From positions 1 through 64,000 of the forward strand of contig NMRA01000613.1 in NCBI GenBank assembly GCA_002633005.1: a DNA stretch of 64,000 bases, read 5' to 3'. The translations under genes and the position numbers were made by a program. The notes beneath the pieces were generated by a model that worked only from the letters and a program-made list of their open reading frames with translations, did not search any database and was not told the DNA's origin. This stretch comes from Phoronis australis. Its lineage: Eukaryota > Animalia > Phoronida. Positions 1-12,860 of this stretch are shown piece after piece (the first letter of the stretch is position 1; each line of letters starts with the position of its first letter).

Positions 1-1749
1 CTCCAAGTTTTGCCCCGCTGTTATTCCGAATCTAATGCACCGTGAGTGACCTATTGTCCAGCTCAGCAGAAGACTGGCTTTCAGGGAACCACTTTTTAAG
101 GTCAACAGGTCATTCACAACTGTTGCTATTATGGTGAAACAACTACACATGTAACTTGCATAGTATAAAGGGTAAAGAATTGTGATAATTTCTGGTGAAC
201 AACCTCACCACGAAGCACATGCTTTTAGTCAAATTTTCTGCAAAATTCCACAAGAAAACGTACATGTTTTCTGAAAATAGAAAGATTGTAGAATTTTCTA
301 CTTAACACAAAGAAACAATATTGCAGGAATAACAAGGCATGGACAAATTTCATTTCACATATAAATTTATAAACAGATCTCAAAATTAGTTTTCAAAATG
401 TCCTTTTTATTTCATGGGGCTTTTCGAATGAAAACAGATATTTTCATAAAAATCAATAATTACAGCCTCAAGTTTTGACGGTATCTTATTAAAAAACTAG
501 CACGTTGAGAACAACTTCGGTAGCATAGTGTCTGTTTCATTTGAGTCTAATAAGCTGTTTTTAGATACAATGTCGGCAAAATTTCTAAATTTTCATCAAA
601 CCATAAAGTAAAACATTAACTCTTAACCCCCCCTTCTTAATACCGACATAGACAAAGCAGAAAAAGCTAAATATTCGCAGGCTGTATAAGATCCGAACCT
701 GTCCAAAATGACCAGGTACCAAAATGCACAGTGGCACACTGCATAAAATTAAGATTTTTAGTAGGGCTGCTGTGCAGTTACCAACTACTGTGTATAACAC
801 TATGTACTACAGAAAGAACTTTATTCTGAAACTTGCATATCTATTTTATATCTGTAAAATATCTACAAATATACGGCAGAGCACAAGTATACGGAAGGGC
901 ATCCGCAGTCTCTCTGGTATAACAATACCGCAAAATATCATACAAAATATACAACAAGTACGCAAATCAGGTAATCAACTTGGTCTGCAAATATGATTGC
1001 CAATAAGAAGACCTGGGTCACCATCATATCCAATATTTGTTCAACGAACCTTCTATAGCTGATCAAAAAGGACAAAAAACATTGTTTACGACGTCAGGTG
1101 ACGGTGGACTCACATCTATACAATAAATGCCCAGGGGTCTTGTTTCATGAAAGTTTATGTCTAGTCCATTGTTGGCATAATGTCATCAACACTATTCACC
1201 AAGTTATGTAATTATGGAAGAGTCAAACCATAGGCTAGGCTATAACAAAGACCTATGGGCCAACAATCGACTTCACAAGAATGATCTATTATGATCCAAG
1301 CGTAATGGAATGAAATGAAAGAATCTAAGATTTTGGAATTGTAAATTAACAATCTTGTGTTGTAATAATTAGACACTATTGGTAAACTGAGATAATGTAT
1401 ACACCTAAACCTGCAGAATTATCCATGTAATACTACTGTTACACTGACACACTTTCTAAAACTTGGCGCAGTCATATTGTTTACTAATACTAATAGCCCG
1501 GGTGCGGGTTCCAGAGGCAAAACCCCTACCTATCCGGCTAATAACTGACTGGCTCAGACATCATTGCTTCAAAATGAACTTTAAATATACTAAAATGGTA
1601 AATATGAAATAAAAACAGCTTACGCCTTTCTTGCTCTTGCGTGGAAGCACTCGAACGTGGATTTCATTCGACGAAACTGAACTTGCCATCGGCACCGGGC
1701 CTGCCTGGGAAGCGTACAACGCAGCGATCAGGTGTAACTGTTGTACGTT

Positions 1750-2015
1750 AACTTGGAATCTTGAGTGGACTTGGAATAAATTTCTATTCCGAGTTCACGC
1801 AAGTGACCTTGAGATTAAGCAAGCATTTGCGACATCTAGTGTATAACTTTTGAGTAAAATTTCGCCGTGAGGCACCCACTCATCTGCTGTGGGTGAACTT
1901 GGAATCTTGCTTAAACTTGGAATAAATTTCTATTCCGAGTTCACGCAAGTAGTCTTGAGATTAAGCAAGCGCTTGCGACATCTAGTGTGCAGCTGTTAAA
2001 TAAATTTTCGCCATG
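1750..2015. repeat. Tandem direct duplication, about 146-bp period, 2 copies
   Basis: AACTTGGAATCTTG...TTGGAATAAATTTCTATTCCGAGTTCACGCAAGT...GAGATTAAGCAAGC...GCGACATCTAGTGT occurs at about 1750 and about 1896. Confidence 0.8.
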
Positions 2016-3639
2016 AATCAAATGTCGGTAATGAGTTCGTTTGTCGTGAGTTATTGTTTCTATTTTAATAATTTTTATTGCCCATTCTACATGTTATTCT
2101 GGTCTTGGTAATTGTTTCCAGTGACTGGGATGGTTGGGTGGGCGACCGAGGGGCTGAAATGACTGGCAACCTTGGACCTTTGCAATGAAAAGGATAGTAG
2201 GCAACAAAACACGTAGCCTTTGGTTGGCCTGCGGCATCCAGGGTGACGTAATTGCCCATGAAAAAGGATTAAGTCAAGAGCTAGGATATAATGAATGAGT
2301 TTCTACCGTACTATTCTAGTAGTACCTACCTACCGGGAGGGGTTTTGCATTGAGCAGTGCGTCATACCCCGTTGTACCTGCCACCTCACCCCCAGTGCTT
2401 AGAGCTCGCACTATGCTCGTAATTGGTGGCATTGTTTTCATTTTATATCTCACTTATGACATCGCCAATCGTTGCCAGCATGGCCTTGACAGGGATCTGT
2501 AATCGTTTCTTATCTGATTAAGGAAGAAGTTCAGATAACACTTGTTGAGTAAAAGTGTTATTTTTGGCAAATAAAGTGGAAATACTAATTTCATTTTTAA
2601 ACGTGCAATTTAATGAGTATTAGTTTTTCATTGGTAATGTTGTGTGATGTTATTATACTGGTTCCTAGTACAGACCCACATAACGATACGGCAATGTATG
2701 TAAAGACTTAATCATACAGACATAAGTGGTCCAGTGAAATAATAGGGTCCATACCACTTGCTTGGGCACAATATATTTCTAACCACTGCCCAGCATTCAC
2801 TGTTTGAAAAGCAACCATGACCACAACTGAGTGAGGTAACATATGGATATGCGTCTTTTGCAGGTTGTCGACATCTCTAAATACACTAATAACATTGAAC
2901 AACTGGACTGAAACATGGTGGCATACAGTAATGTTTGATACAAATGTTCCGATGGGAGTGAGGAACATACAGAGGTAATGACATATCTAAGTAATGTTAA
3001 TATTGGTTTTCCGTTATGCAAGATAGGTGATTTTCAGCTTTCTTATGCAGTTGTCATTGTCCTTGAAGGTTGTCTTCTATCAGGAACTTGTTTGTTCCAT
3101 CAATGCTTTCATTTATAGGTTGTATTTAAAGTTGTCTGTAGCTTAGGCAGATTTANTCCCCCCTTGGCTGCCACAAGCAAAGTGAAACAAAAAACAGCAC
3201 GAAGCGTGGCGAAAAAGTGAGTTCAGTAACTAGGACCAAGTCACCAGTCAAAGATTCTTTTCTTTCAAAATTTTAACCGCAAGAAATGATATGCCGCGAC
3301 GTATACACGGTGTAAATGTGAATTACATACTATTTAAAATATCAAACAGAATATACACATGTATTCTGAACCAGTGGCTATTGATTGAAATGAACAACAA
3401 GTGTTATAAACATATTCTGTCAGTGTCTAAATTATCGGAAAATTACAAAAATACAGACGCATAGTACTGCTAGATCCTAAATACCAGTTATACGGACTAT
3501 TGAACGGGTATATAGCGCAACATATAAAGCAAGTCATTGGGTAAAATTATTCATGAAAACCAAAAAAGCTTTAACAAAAGATTTATGGGTGAAAATAATA
3601 AGGTAGAGTTCAGTAGACAGTGCTAGGACCTACGTTGGG

Positions 3640-4200
3640 AGCTCGCTAAAATCTAGCCCAAATCACGTGTTCTCATCTAAGATATACGACAATGTCACGC
3701 ATATGTAACTTCTTGAAGTCTTGATTTTTAGCGAGGTCCTAGCGTTACTGAACCACAACAATCTGTGACGTGTATTTAAACTTTACTTCAAAAACTAATA
3801 TATCTGGTATAATTTTGGTCTAAAGTGGAGAGAGGGTTTAAACAATTATGCAATGTATTGTTCAACTTTAGTTGTAATCTTCTTTTCAGTGGTTTGTGTC
3901 ATGAAATGTAACTTACACTTCCGTCACAAATTTGGTCTTACGACTATTTCTGAAAAATGATTAAGTCTAAATTGAGCAAAAGTGCAAAGTCTCTGAAAAT
4001 AAACACATAACCGCTAAATTACTGAGGTATAGTTTATAAAATATCTTTACACTGTGAGCGCTGATAATTGTTAGACTAAACGTTTTTTCATTATCTTTGA
4101 AGTGTGAGCGAAAGACCAAATTCTGTCTGAGTAGTTACATGCAGGTTCGGTGTAGTTTAAATTTCTAGGCTTTGATTGGCATTTCAAACCTCCTTGGTTT
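3640..4200. repeat. Duplicated non-coding block X (paralog at about 20070-20670), including a small TIR element
   Basis: Collinear shared strings such as GCAAAAGTGCAAAG, GAAAATAAACACATAACCGCTAAATTACTGAG and CATTTCAAACCTCCTT. GGTAGAGTTCAGTA at 3602 is the inverse of TACTGAACTCTACC at about 20165. Confidence 0.75.
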
Positions 4201-4723
4201 AGTAAGGTCAAAAATCTTTTACAGTTCTGGTCCGCAGTTGTTTTCAAGAGCGATGCGGTATTTTAGCCCGGTTTTTCGAACATAAAAACACAAAATACTT
4301 TTGTTATAGTTAAAGCTATTAAATAAGTCATTTCTCCACAAAATAACCCAAAAAGCGCGTTTTGAACCAAGAACCAACTGCGTACTTTTGAAAACTAACA
4401 CGGGTCCATGTGTGAAGCTGTTGAACATGTATGAAGATGTGCTTTTTTCTTGTTTGTATTTGAGTTGTCATGCGCAGCTTCAGAAACATTCTATGGAAAT
4501 TGTGGCAATGCATCTGAAGCAATCTTTATAAAGTGAAGCCATATCAGGTCCACAAAATACAATTTTCATGCCTAAACGCCTTCGACAAGAATGTGCATCA
4601 TCGGCAAATCCATGATTTCGAAGTATTTGACCTCAGACAACTCGATGAATGTTTTCAGTCATCCAGTTGGGTCATAGTATAAGAATCAATAAATCTAATA
4701 CTGGACTTACGGCACGTGGAGAT

Positions 4724-4764
4724 GGCTACGTTGCGTCCTCCTCTCGAGGACTTCATCAGGCTAC
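4724..4764 (-). ncRNA. Degenerate minimal hammerhead ribozyme motif (Penelope-associated)
   Basis: Minus strand reads GTAGC-CTGATGA-A-GTCCTC-GAGAG-GAGGAC-GCAAC-GTA-GCC. The CUGAUGA core and a perfect 6-bp stem II are intact, but the GAAA box reads GCAA. It lies directly 3' of the GIY-YIG ORF. Confidence 0.6.
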
Positions 4765-4840
4765 TGAGTTGTGACGTGACTTGTCATGTGATCGGTCGTA
4801 CAGTTTCCGCGGGATTCTCTTCAGCGCCGTGGCCCATGTC

Positions 4841-5233
4841 CTAGGTAAGTGAAACCGCAGCCCCCCTGTCTATTGAGGCTAGGATTCTCAATTCTCTCGT
4901 AGATACCTTCTTGACCCCTCTCCGAAACCAATTCTCTTCTCTATCCAGGATCTTCACATCTTCCATGGCGAAAGAGTGGTCTGTGGAAGCCATGTGAGTA
5001 AAAACTGCAGAATCATAGCAGTCCCCATAACTGGACCTCCGATGCTGGTTGAAACGACTTTTCAGGGCTTGTTTGGTTTCCCCAATGTATGCTGCTCCAC
5101 ACCCCGGTTCCGAGCATGAAATGCCATACACCACATTTGATGTTTTCTCTTTGCTGGTTTTGTCTGTCACATTTAACAATTGACTAGTCATGGTGTTAAC
5201 AGGTTTGAATCTGGTCAGCGATCCCTGGCACAA
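4841..5233 (-). mobile_element. Penelope-like retroelement relic, GIY-YIG endonuclease domain
   Basis: SNVVYGISCSEPGCGAAYIGETKQALKSRFNQHRR...SAVFTH...DHSF...VKILDRE matches the VVY..C..C...YIGET..L..R..H pattern of Penelope endonucleases. No RT is seen, and the 3' end appears frameshifted. Confidence 0.85.
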
Positions 5234-7157
5234 AAGGCAATGTTACCCTGATGTTTCCCCTATTGTCAGGCTGCGTGTTCTGAGACCTGACTCTGTCATG
5301 GTTTAAACAATTCCACGAAAGTACCATCTCTCAACGTCTAATACAGAGCTATTCACTTTCCCCTGTGAGAGAATTTCGAGAAAAAGCACAAAATTCACGA
5401 TTTTTAAAATACTCGATTAGGGAAAACCCTATAGTCACCACAGAGTTTCTAATCTGTTCCCCACTGATAAAAGTGCGCATGCGATTACAGTCATTTGATA
5501 AACAGCTGACAGACAAGATGCCTATTTTAAACGACGTTTTATGTGCGATTGCACTCCGAATTTGAGGTAGAGACAAGGTATGAGGCAAGGCTGTGAAGCA
5601 AGCGATTTCCCAAAAACAATTCCAAGAGTATTTTAGAAAAAGCTGAATATAACTTTAAAGATTTATGAATTGTATTTACCGGACTGGATGCTACTTGAAG
5701 TCGCAAGCGTTTTTTTACATCAAAGGTCTAAGGTAATCTTTTACATAATATATGAGGAAATTAGCTACGTCTATGTTTTACCAAATAAGGTGACATTCTT
5801 TGCCTTGTGGGAGAAAATCGACGAAGTGACGAGCAGTTGACAGATCGTTCTTTTTTAAATTCGAAGCTAAATATCACCAGAAAGTCTTTTATTTTACGAA
5901 CGAACCGTAAAAATACCCGGTGAACAAGATGAATTCTGTTTCAGTGCCAGAGGACCGCTTTGAATTATATAGTTGAATTTGTGTTTTACGTTCCAGGCCT
6001 TGTTAGGGAACCTTTTAGCACTTATCCATTGATAGACCAAATAGATAATAATGTCTATTGCACAGTTTGCATATGAGCATTTTTGTTCATGCAGTTTCGC
6101 CAAGTTTATTTACTATGACGAATTTCAGATATACGGAGTTTGACACTTGCTGGTGAAATTAAAACAACGGAAAAGTGCTTGTTCAAAACAGCAGTTATGA
6201 CCCGCACCATGAGCACTGCAGGTACTTTTGAAAGACGCCCAGGCCAACATATCGGTTATTTCTGACCAGTGCAAAGGACCATGGCAAACTTGTGTTATAG
6301 TGTATATGTAAACAAGAGAAGTGTTTCATGACTGTGCTTACAAAAAACTATGTAATGCAACATAAAATTTAAAATCGTGTCCAATCCACAACTTCCCTTA
6401 ATTTACTACACTGTTTCTTGGCACTTGTTCTGCATTCATGCGTCAGTTTGCTTTCTCATCGGCATGGCAACAGATACATGAGTGAGCCCGAAAACCAGGC
6501 CGAAAGCTTGGACGAATCCCCGAATATAGTAAATGTCTCTAAACATTCTTGTATATTTCTTTAACATGGAATATCTGTTTGGAAACCTTATTTTCTACAC
6601 AGGTATGAAAAATGAGAGCAACACCCCTCGAGTTTAGAGAAAATGCTTCTGTTTTGAAAAAAAAAAATGAACGGTGTCAGTAAAGTGCAACTATTTTTGA
6701 CAATTTGTTGTAAAATTACAAAAACATAAGGGATTTTCTCGTTTTGTAGTAATTTAGAAGTCTGTTCCATTCAGTCAAGAAATGCGTTTTCTGTCATAAA
6801 ATCGATGTATCTTAAAAGTACACAGGACTATACATACATGTGAGCTATTCACTGAGAGTTAAGCGTTACTAAATTGGTGTCTACAAGAGCACAGATTACG
6901 TGGAATATGCAGCTGACTATCTGAGGTGAATGGCCAAGATGATTTCGTAGTCGGATACAGGGGAAGAGTCGCAAACTCCACATCATGATGTTGAAAATTT
7001 GAGAGGATTGAAGGACACACAATTTAGTACAGTAATCGTTCCCGCGTATTGGATGACAGTACAGAGCTGGCCAAATCTCAGTTGAATCGCAGCGCCAACG
7101 TCTTTCTTGCTTCAACACAGATACAGTAGCACTGACTGAGTTAATGAGTATCTGCTA

Positions 7158-7435
7158 TCATTTTTGAGCAGGACTCGTCATAAACTCGTACTCGCTTTCG
7201 TTATCTTCTTCACTTATACCGTCCAGTTTCTCATACTCTTCCTGTGAATACCCCTCCCCATTTTCCAGTCCTTCATAAACGGAGGCTTGTGTCACGTTGA
7301 AGTACGCCGGGTCCTCAAGTTGTAAATAGACAGGAGATTGCAATTCTGAGTAGGCTTCATTTTCTTGACCCTGCTCAGGTGGATTCACCGTCTTTATCTT
7401 TTCCAACATAATTCCGTTGTGGCCGAGAGGCACTC
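7158..7435 (-). CDS. Ig receptor copy A, terminal exon: SAM C-terminal helix plus acidic tyrosine-motif tail
   Basis: Acceptor TTTGACAG, then GVPLGHNGIMLEKIK...AYSEL..VYLQL..AYFNV..SVYEGL..EYEKL..EYEFMTSPAQK*. Homologous to 24735-25018 and 43260-43534. Confidence 0.85.
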
Positions 7436-7802
7436 CTGTCAAAGTATAGTGTTGTGTGTAGCGTATAATGGAGTATTCCAAGATTTCACAATGAAACCAA
7501 AACCAGAAATCCATTCTGTGACTATAGCTTGACTATGGTGGACGTTATACCGCTGCATTTTAGAAAGGTTGTTGTCTTAATTCAATTTTTACTTGTGTTC
7601 GGCAGTGCAAGATCTTTCGGTTACGGCACATTTGTGTTAAAGATAAAGCTATAATTAACATTTTACTGTTCGTAACGAAAGTTTGGAAAAAATTTATAGG
7701 GAGTATTCTGTATAGTAATCGAAAAGATCACGCATATGGAAGTTTTTAGCCAGGTTTCGAAAACATAACTGACATGAGAGCGGCTGTGGTGAAAACACTT
7801 AC

Positions 7803-7940
7803 CTATTAGCCTTGATGCCAAGTCGTCAATGGAAAGTTCCTCCATGGAGTTTGTTGCAAGCCTTTCTTCGCCGACTCTTGGACGAGCAGGTCTACACACT
7901 CGCAATCTCAATGACTCGAGCAAAGTAACAACGTCTTTAT
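7803..7940 (-). CDS. Ig receptor copy A, SAM-like domain exon
   Basis: ATTTTAG acceptor and GTAAG donor, phase 1-1, 138 nt. Encodes DKDVVTLLESLRLRVCRPARPRVGEERLATNSMEELSIDDLASRLI. Confidence 0.8.
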
Positions 7941-8040
7941 CTAAAATTGAGGTTTGATTTTGAATAAGGAATTAAAAGAAGCAAAAGACAATTTTTAAGG
8001 AAGAAATAAAATTGTGAAAATGAAATGTAATTTTGCTTAC

Positions 8041-8080
8041 CAGTTCTCCCGCATGCAGCACTTGCAAACTCCGTTTCAAC
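8041..8080 (-). CDS. Ig receptor copy A, cytoplasmic mini-exon
   Basis: TTTTTAG acceptor, VETEFASAACGRT, GTAAG donor. Phase 0-1, as in the paralogous mini-exons of B and C. Confidence 0.7.
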
Positions 8081-8749
8081 CTAAAAATACAAATTTCCAT
8101 ATTAATTCTCGATCCAAAGATTCAGCTTTTCACAGTCGTTGCTGCACACTGAACTTGGACGAAATTGTTTCAGTTTTGCTTCCTTTATCTTCCTCAAGCG
8201 ACGCTATAGCGACTCGGTTGCGCTTTGATATGCAACTACGTTGCAAGACCATCGCAGACGCGAGATTGAAAGTCTAGTGTGATGATTAGATAGTACAACC
8301 GTCTCAACCGGCCCCAGTAGTGACCATGGGAATCCCGCAGGGCCACCATACATGTACATGTATGTCGGCAGCGGCTTTACGAATTATGCATCACACTGAT
8401 GAAATCATCAACGACACGTTGGGGTCAGAACATTCAGTGCACAGAGAGGCACCTTAGGAATCCATTGATGTCTGTTTAAATATATCAGCGAAGTTAGATG
8501 AATTTTCAAGCTCCAAACCATGTATAGCAGGAACTCAACGACATCGCTACTTGAATATCATCTACGCTAAACAAAATGTAATTCTATCCATGGACAACTT
8601 GTAAGTTGAAAATAAAAAATTCTGCAAATAGGTGACCTTTCTACTAATGACGTATCTTGGACGCTCACATAACCCGCATCATACAATGTTATTCTCCTCC
8701 ACGATACTTACTGGACACAGTTGAGTGATTTACTGCGGAAAATTTTCCA

Positions 8750-8802
8750 NNNNNNNNNNNNNNNNNNNNNNNNNNNNNNNNNNNNNNNNNNNNNNNNNNN
8801 NN
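8750..8802. other. Assembly gap (53 N)
   Basis: Run of N. Confidence 1.
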
Positions 8803-11800
8803 GGGCTCAAATGAGCCCCCCCATTTGGCGAAGTGGGCAAAAAAGTTCCGCCCCAGAGAGACAAAAAGTCCGAGAAAATGGGACACAAGTCCATTAAATA
8901 AGCGCAAATGCGCACTTCACAGTGGTGATCCCGTTTTTTTTAGTCCGCCCGCTGTTTTGTTAGCAAAAAGGTCCATGACGTCAAGATTTCGAGCCCCCCA
9001 CATTGAAAGCTGGGTGCGTGCATGGTAGGCAACTGGACAAAGTGCTGTTCGAAAAAAGTTTGATTGCGGGAGTATTTGTTTGAGCTGGAATAGTTTATCA
9101 GTGGCCTCCTAAGATGTCCTCTAGGCCTATGCAATGCAAAAGGTTCTTATAGTAACATGACTTTGATGGTTTAACCAGTGTGAGGCATAATTCGTCGAAA
9201 ACGATCCGACATATGGCGGCCCTGTGTGGCGATCACCGTCTTTAGTGGGGCCAGGTGAAACAGCGGTACTGTGTAGTTTGATCACGTGCTTAACTTGAAA
9301 ATTACGCGGCAATATCTCACGAAAATTTGCATGAGCTTGAGTTTTCGAGTTCCTTGGGTCAACAAAACACAGCCCCGGTATCAACCACGCTCATTCGGTT
9401 CCATATTCGTAATTTTTCGTACGATGTTATATTGTGCACATATAAGCTTAGCTGACATGTAGCAATCAGTGTGTATGACAATGTCACACGGAAAGAGAAG
9501 AATTAACTTTGGCGAATGAGTATAGTATCAACTGCTATCGTATTTACATGGAACGACTTAAACCTGGAACAACTGGCGCCCAAATTCAGTGTAATGAAAT
9601 GAGACATCTTAAAATATTTTTTCAGGGTATGGGCAGGAATTGATCTCAAAATCAGCTCGACACAAAGATAAAACGGTGATAAAACGTTCCAGTGCGGAAA
9701 ATACCTTCACACTATGCAAAATTACGCTGATCTTACAATGCTATGTGCTTCCCCTCCACCGGGCCTCACCGCCCTGAAATGAGTATAGCATTCTATTTTT
9801 TTGCTTTCCATTGCCAGGGGAGGTCACTGATGCCACTTCTTTTCCTCCGGTCGCTATCGAACTCACGTTCCACCGTCCCTTAGTTGTCACCGATGTCACG
9901 CTGCCCCATCCTGTCGCCACCAATTTCTGTGCCTTGGTATCCCATATTTACTTCATACGCCAACACTGGCGTATTGATCTTACTTAGATCCGACCAGTCC
10001 CCCAAAATGAAGAATGAGAACGGATAAGGTTTGACGAAAACTTTAGGAACGAAACGGGCAATGACTGCCACGAATAGTAGTCGGTTGTTCATTGGAGTTG
10101 TTTTGAGTAGATAAAGTTCAGAAATTTAGCCTTTGCTTCTAAGAAGCCGAGGCTAAATTTCTACCTGGATACAGACGTCGCATCTTCAAAGCACTACCTT
10201 GTTAAGTGGGGAATTTTTGTCACGAATGCAAGAACCCCATAGATAAGTGGAAATGGCCAAAAATCTGTTTGGTAATGACATATTTTAACTTGAATGTCTG
10301 GAATGTGGAGTGCAGGAGCAAGTGGATTCTAGTCTCCTGTCTTGCACTGCGGCAGTCGTGAACTTGTGATTTTAGGTACATTGAAAAAGGTCAAATGTCT
10401 TGGTATTTTCTGTATCTCATCGGACATCGAAACTTAAAGAGACGCGACTTTGCTGAATTTCTTCTTCGAGAAATCCCGCTGTGTGTGCTTTATTTAAGTT
10501 GTGCCTTTTTCCAGATGTCTTGAGACAAGGTGCACACGCGGACTTTTATTGACCCAAGAGCAGTGACAACATTAAAATCATCCAGTTCCAATGTGGTCTT
10601 TGTCCTCATCTTCACAAGTAACCAGATGTGACATTTTCAGGTGAAAAAGCATTATGTTATATTGCAATATCGGTCTCAAAACCAATGCCACTCGACTATA
10701 TGCCTGCTTTTAATAACTTCTTTCTGCCTTTCCTTTTCGTAAATTGTCCATTTTTAGGACTATTTTTGAGCAGACTCACAAAATATATTCGATTTCGACG
10801 TCACGTTTGGCAGTTTTGGGTAAACGAGGCGGTCTACTGACGTAGTAGCTCTCACGCCATGGGTACAACCCATTAGCAGACCACTCACTGCACTAATTTT
10901 TGTTGCAACAAAACTTTTGTTAAAATATATTGAGCGACGCACATATACCTGGCGCACGAAAAATGGTTGTTGTGTTTACCAGCAACGCTTGGACACTTGC
11001 GAGCCATGGAACGCTTGGCCATATTGCTCACAAAAGTCACGCACCAACACTCTTGCATAGATGCCAACCACCTCTCCATCGACACCAAGTGTGGGAAAGG
11101 TCTCATGTGATTTTGTCACCCGGTCTAAACGCCGTTACTCCCTCCAAGATACACATAAGTTACTGCGTTACATCGAGTTCAAAAATTGAGTTCAGAATCG
11201 GAGGGTTAGAAATGACCAGCTTCAAAGTAAGACGACATTAGAACGAAGATGTTCATTAAGCCACAAATAACGCTTTAATTCTAATTCAGAGAAAACAAAC
11301 CGCTGTACCTACATGTATTTCACATTTTTATCGGGACCACAAAATTAAGTCACAGACTCCAACAATCGCCTTTGTGGGAACTAAATGGCTTAACTGAAGA
11401 GCTATGTTACTAAAACAATACGCAACACAACTTGGTTTAGTTTTCGGACTTTTTCCTCTTCGGCATCTGCTAAGATTTCTGAGGTTACAGAAAAAAGTTC
11501 GTGAAATAAGCTCACCGTGTTGTTTTTACCAGTGACAACGTATGCGCTGGATGCAACTTCCGATGTCTGATGTGAAGATGGCCGCTCCGGTCGTTTGGCA
11601 CATGATCGGCAAATACTAAACAAGAAAGTATGCCCTCCAGTTAAACTTTAATACAGAGAACACATATCACACTATTATTTTCAGCCATTGCAACGTTCAT
11701 CATTCATCCATGAGATCAGGAAGAGATAACCAGGAAGGGACAACTGTTTTAGCGCATTTTAACGTGATTTCAAACGTGATTTTAAAAGTAAATGTTCAAG

Positions 11801-12311
11801 TTATCTGGAATCCAAGCATTATTTTTGAAAGATTAACTCTTTAGCTATAAAATGACACCACTTTGGTACTCAAAGACTGCATATTACTGGCACTGGGATG
11901 CTTTGAACGTGACATGTTTACCCTTCCAAAAGATGCTTGTTCCCAGGCATGTACTCGGGCATGAGCCTCTTTTTTGAACCAACAGATGTCACTAACATAT
12001 GCAAATGAGGCTCGCATCGCTACGTCATACGACGTCATACGGCGCGAGCTTCCAATTTGAAACGTCAGGTGCCTATAGTGTATGACTTGAAACGCAGTAG
12101 TCTACTTGATCGGGTATATCCTAGTATGATTCCAAGAAAACTAAGAGCTCACCCAAGTCAATGTTCAAAAAACATTGAGTATGGTTTCACATGAAAATAC
12201 ATTTAATTGTATTTGGATACGCTTGCGTGTGTGTATGCGTGAACTTTGTCATTTTGCTTAAATCCAGATTTAAAAGCAGAAATTCAGTAGCGTTAGCCCT
12301 AAGCCACGGTG

Positions 12312-12860
12312 NNNNNNNNNNNNNNNNNNNNNNNNNNNNNNNNNNNNNNNNNNNNNNNNNNNNNNNNNNNNNNNNNNNNNNNNNNNNNNNNNNNNNNNNN
12401 NNNNNNNNNNNNNNNNNNNNNNNNNNNNNNNNNNNNNNNNNNNNNNNNNNNNNNNNNNNNNNNNNNNNNNNNNNNNNNNNNNNNNNNNNNNNNNNNNNNN
12501 NNNNNNNNNNNNNNNNNNNNNNNNNNNNNNNNNNNNNNNNNNNNNNNNNNNNNNNNNNNNNNNNNNNNNNNNNNNNNNNNNNNNNNNNNNNNNNNNNNNN
12601 NNNNNNNNNNNNNNNNNNNNNNNNNNNNNNNNNNNNNNNNNNNNNNNNNNNNNNNNNNNNNNNNNNNNNNNNNNNNNNNNNNNNNNNNNNNNNNNNNNNN
12701 NNNNNNNNNNNNNNNNNNNNNNNNNNNNNNNNNNNNNNNNNNNNNNNNNNNNNNNNNNNNNNNNNNNNNNNNNNNNNNNNNNNNNNNNNNNNNNNNNNNN
12801 NNNNNNNNNNNNNNNNNNNNNNNNNNNNNNNNNNNNNNNNNNNNNNNNNNNNNNNNNNNN
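12312..12860. other. Assembly gap (549 N)
   Basis: Run of N. Confidence 1.

Noticed and set aside
9040-12190. Possible missing exons of copy A or another gene
   Set aside because: No homology to the C2/TM exons and only short ORFs without recognisable motifs. Probably decayed repeat, left unannotated.
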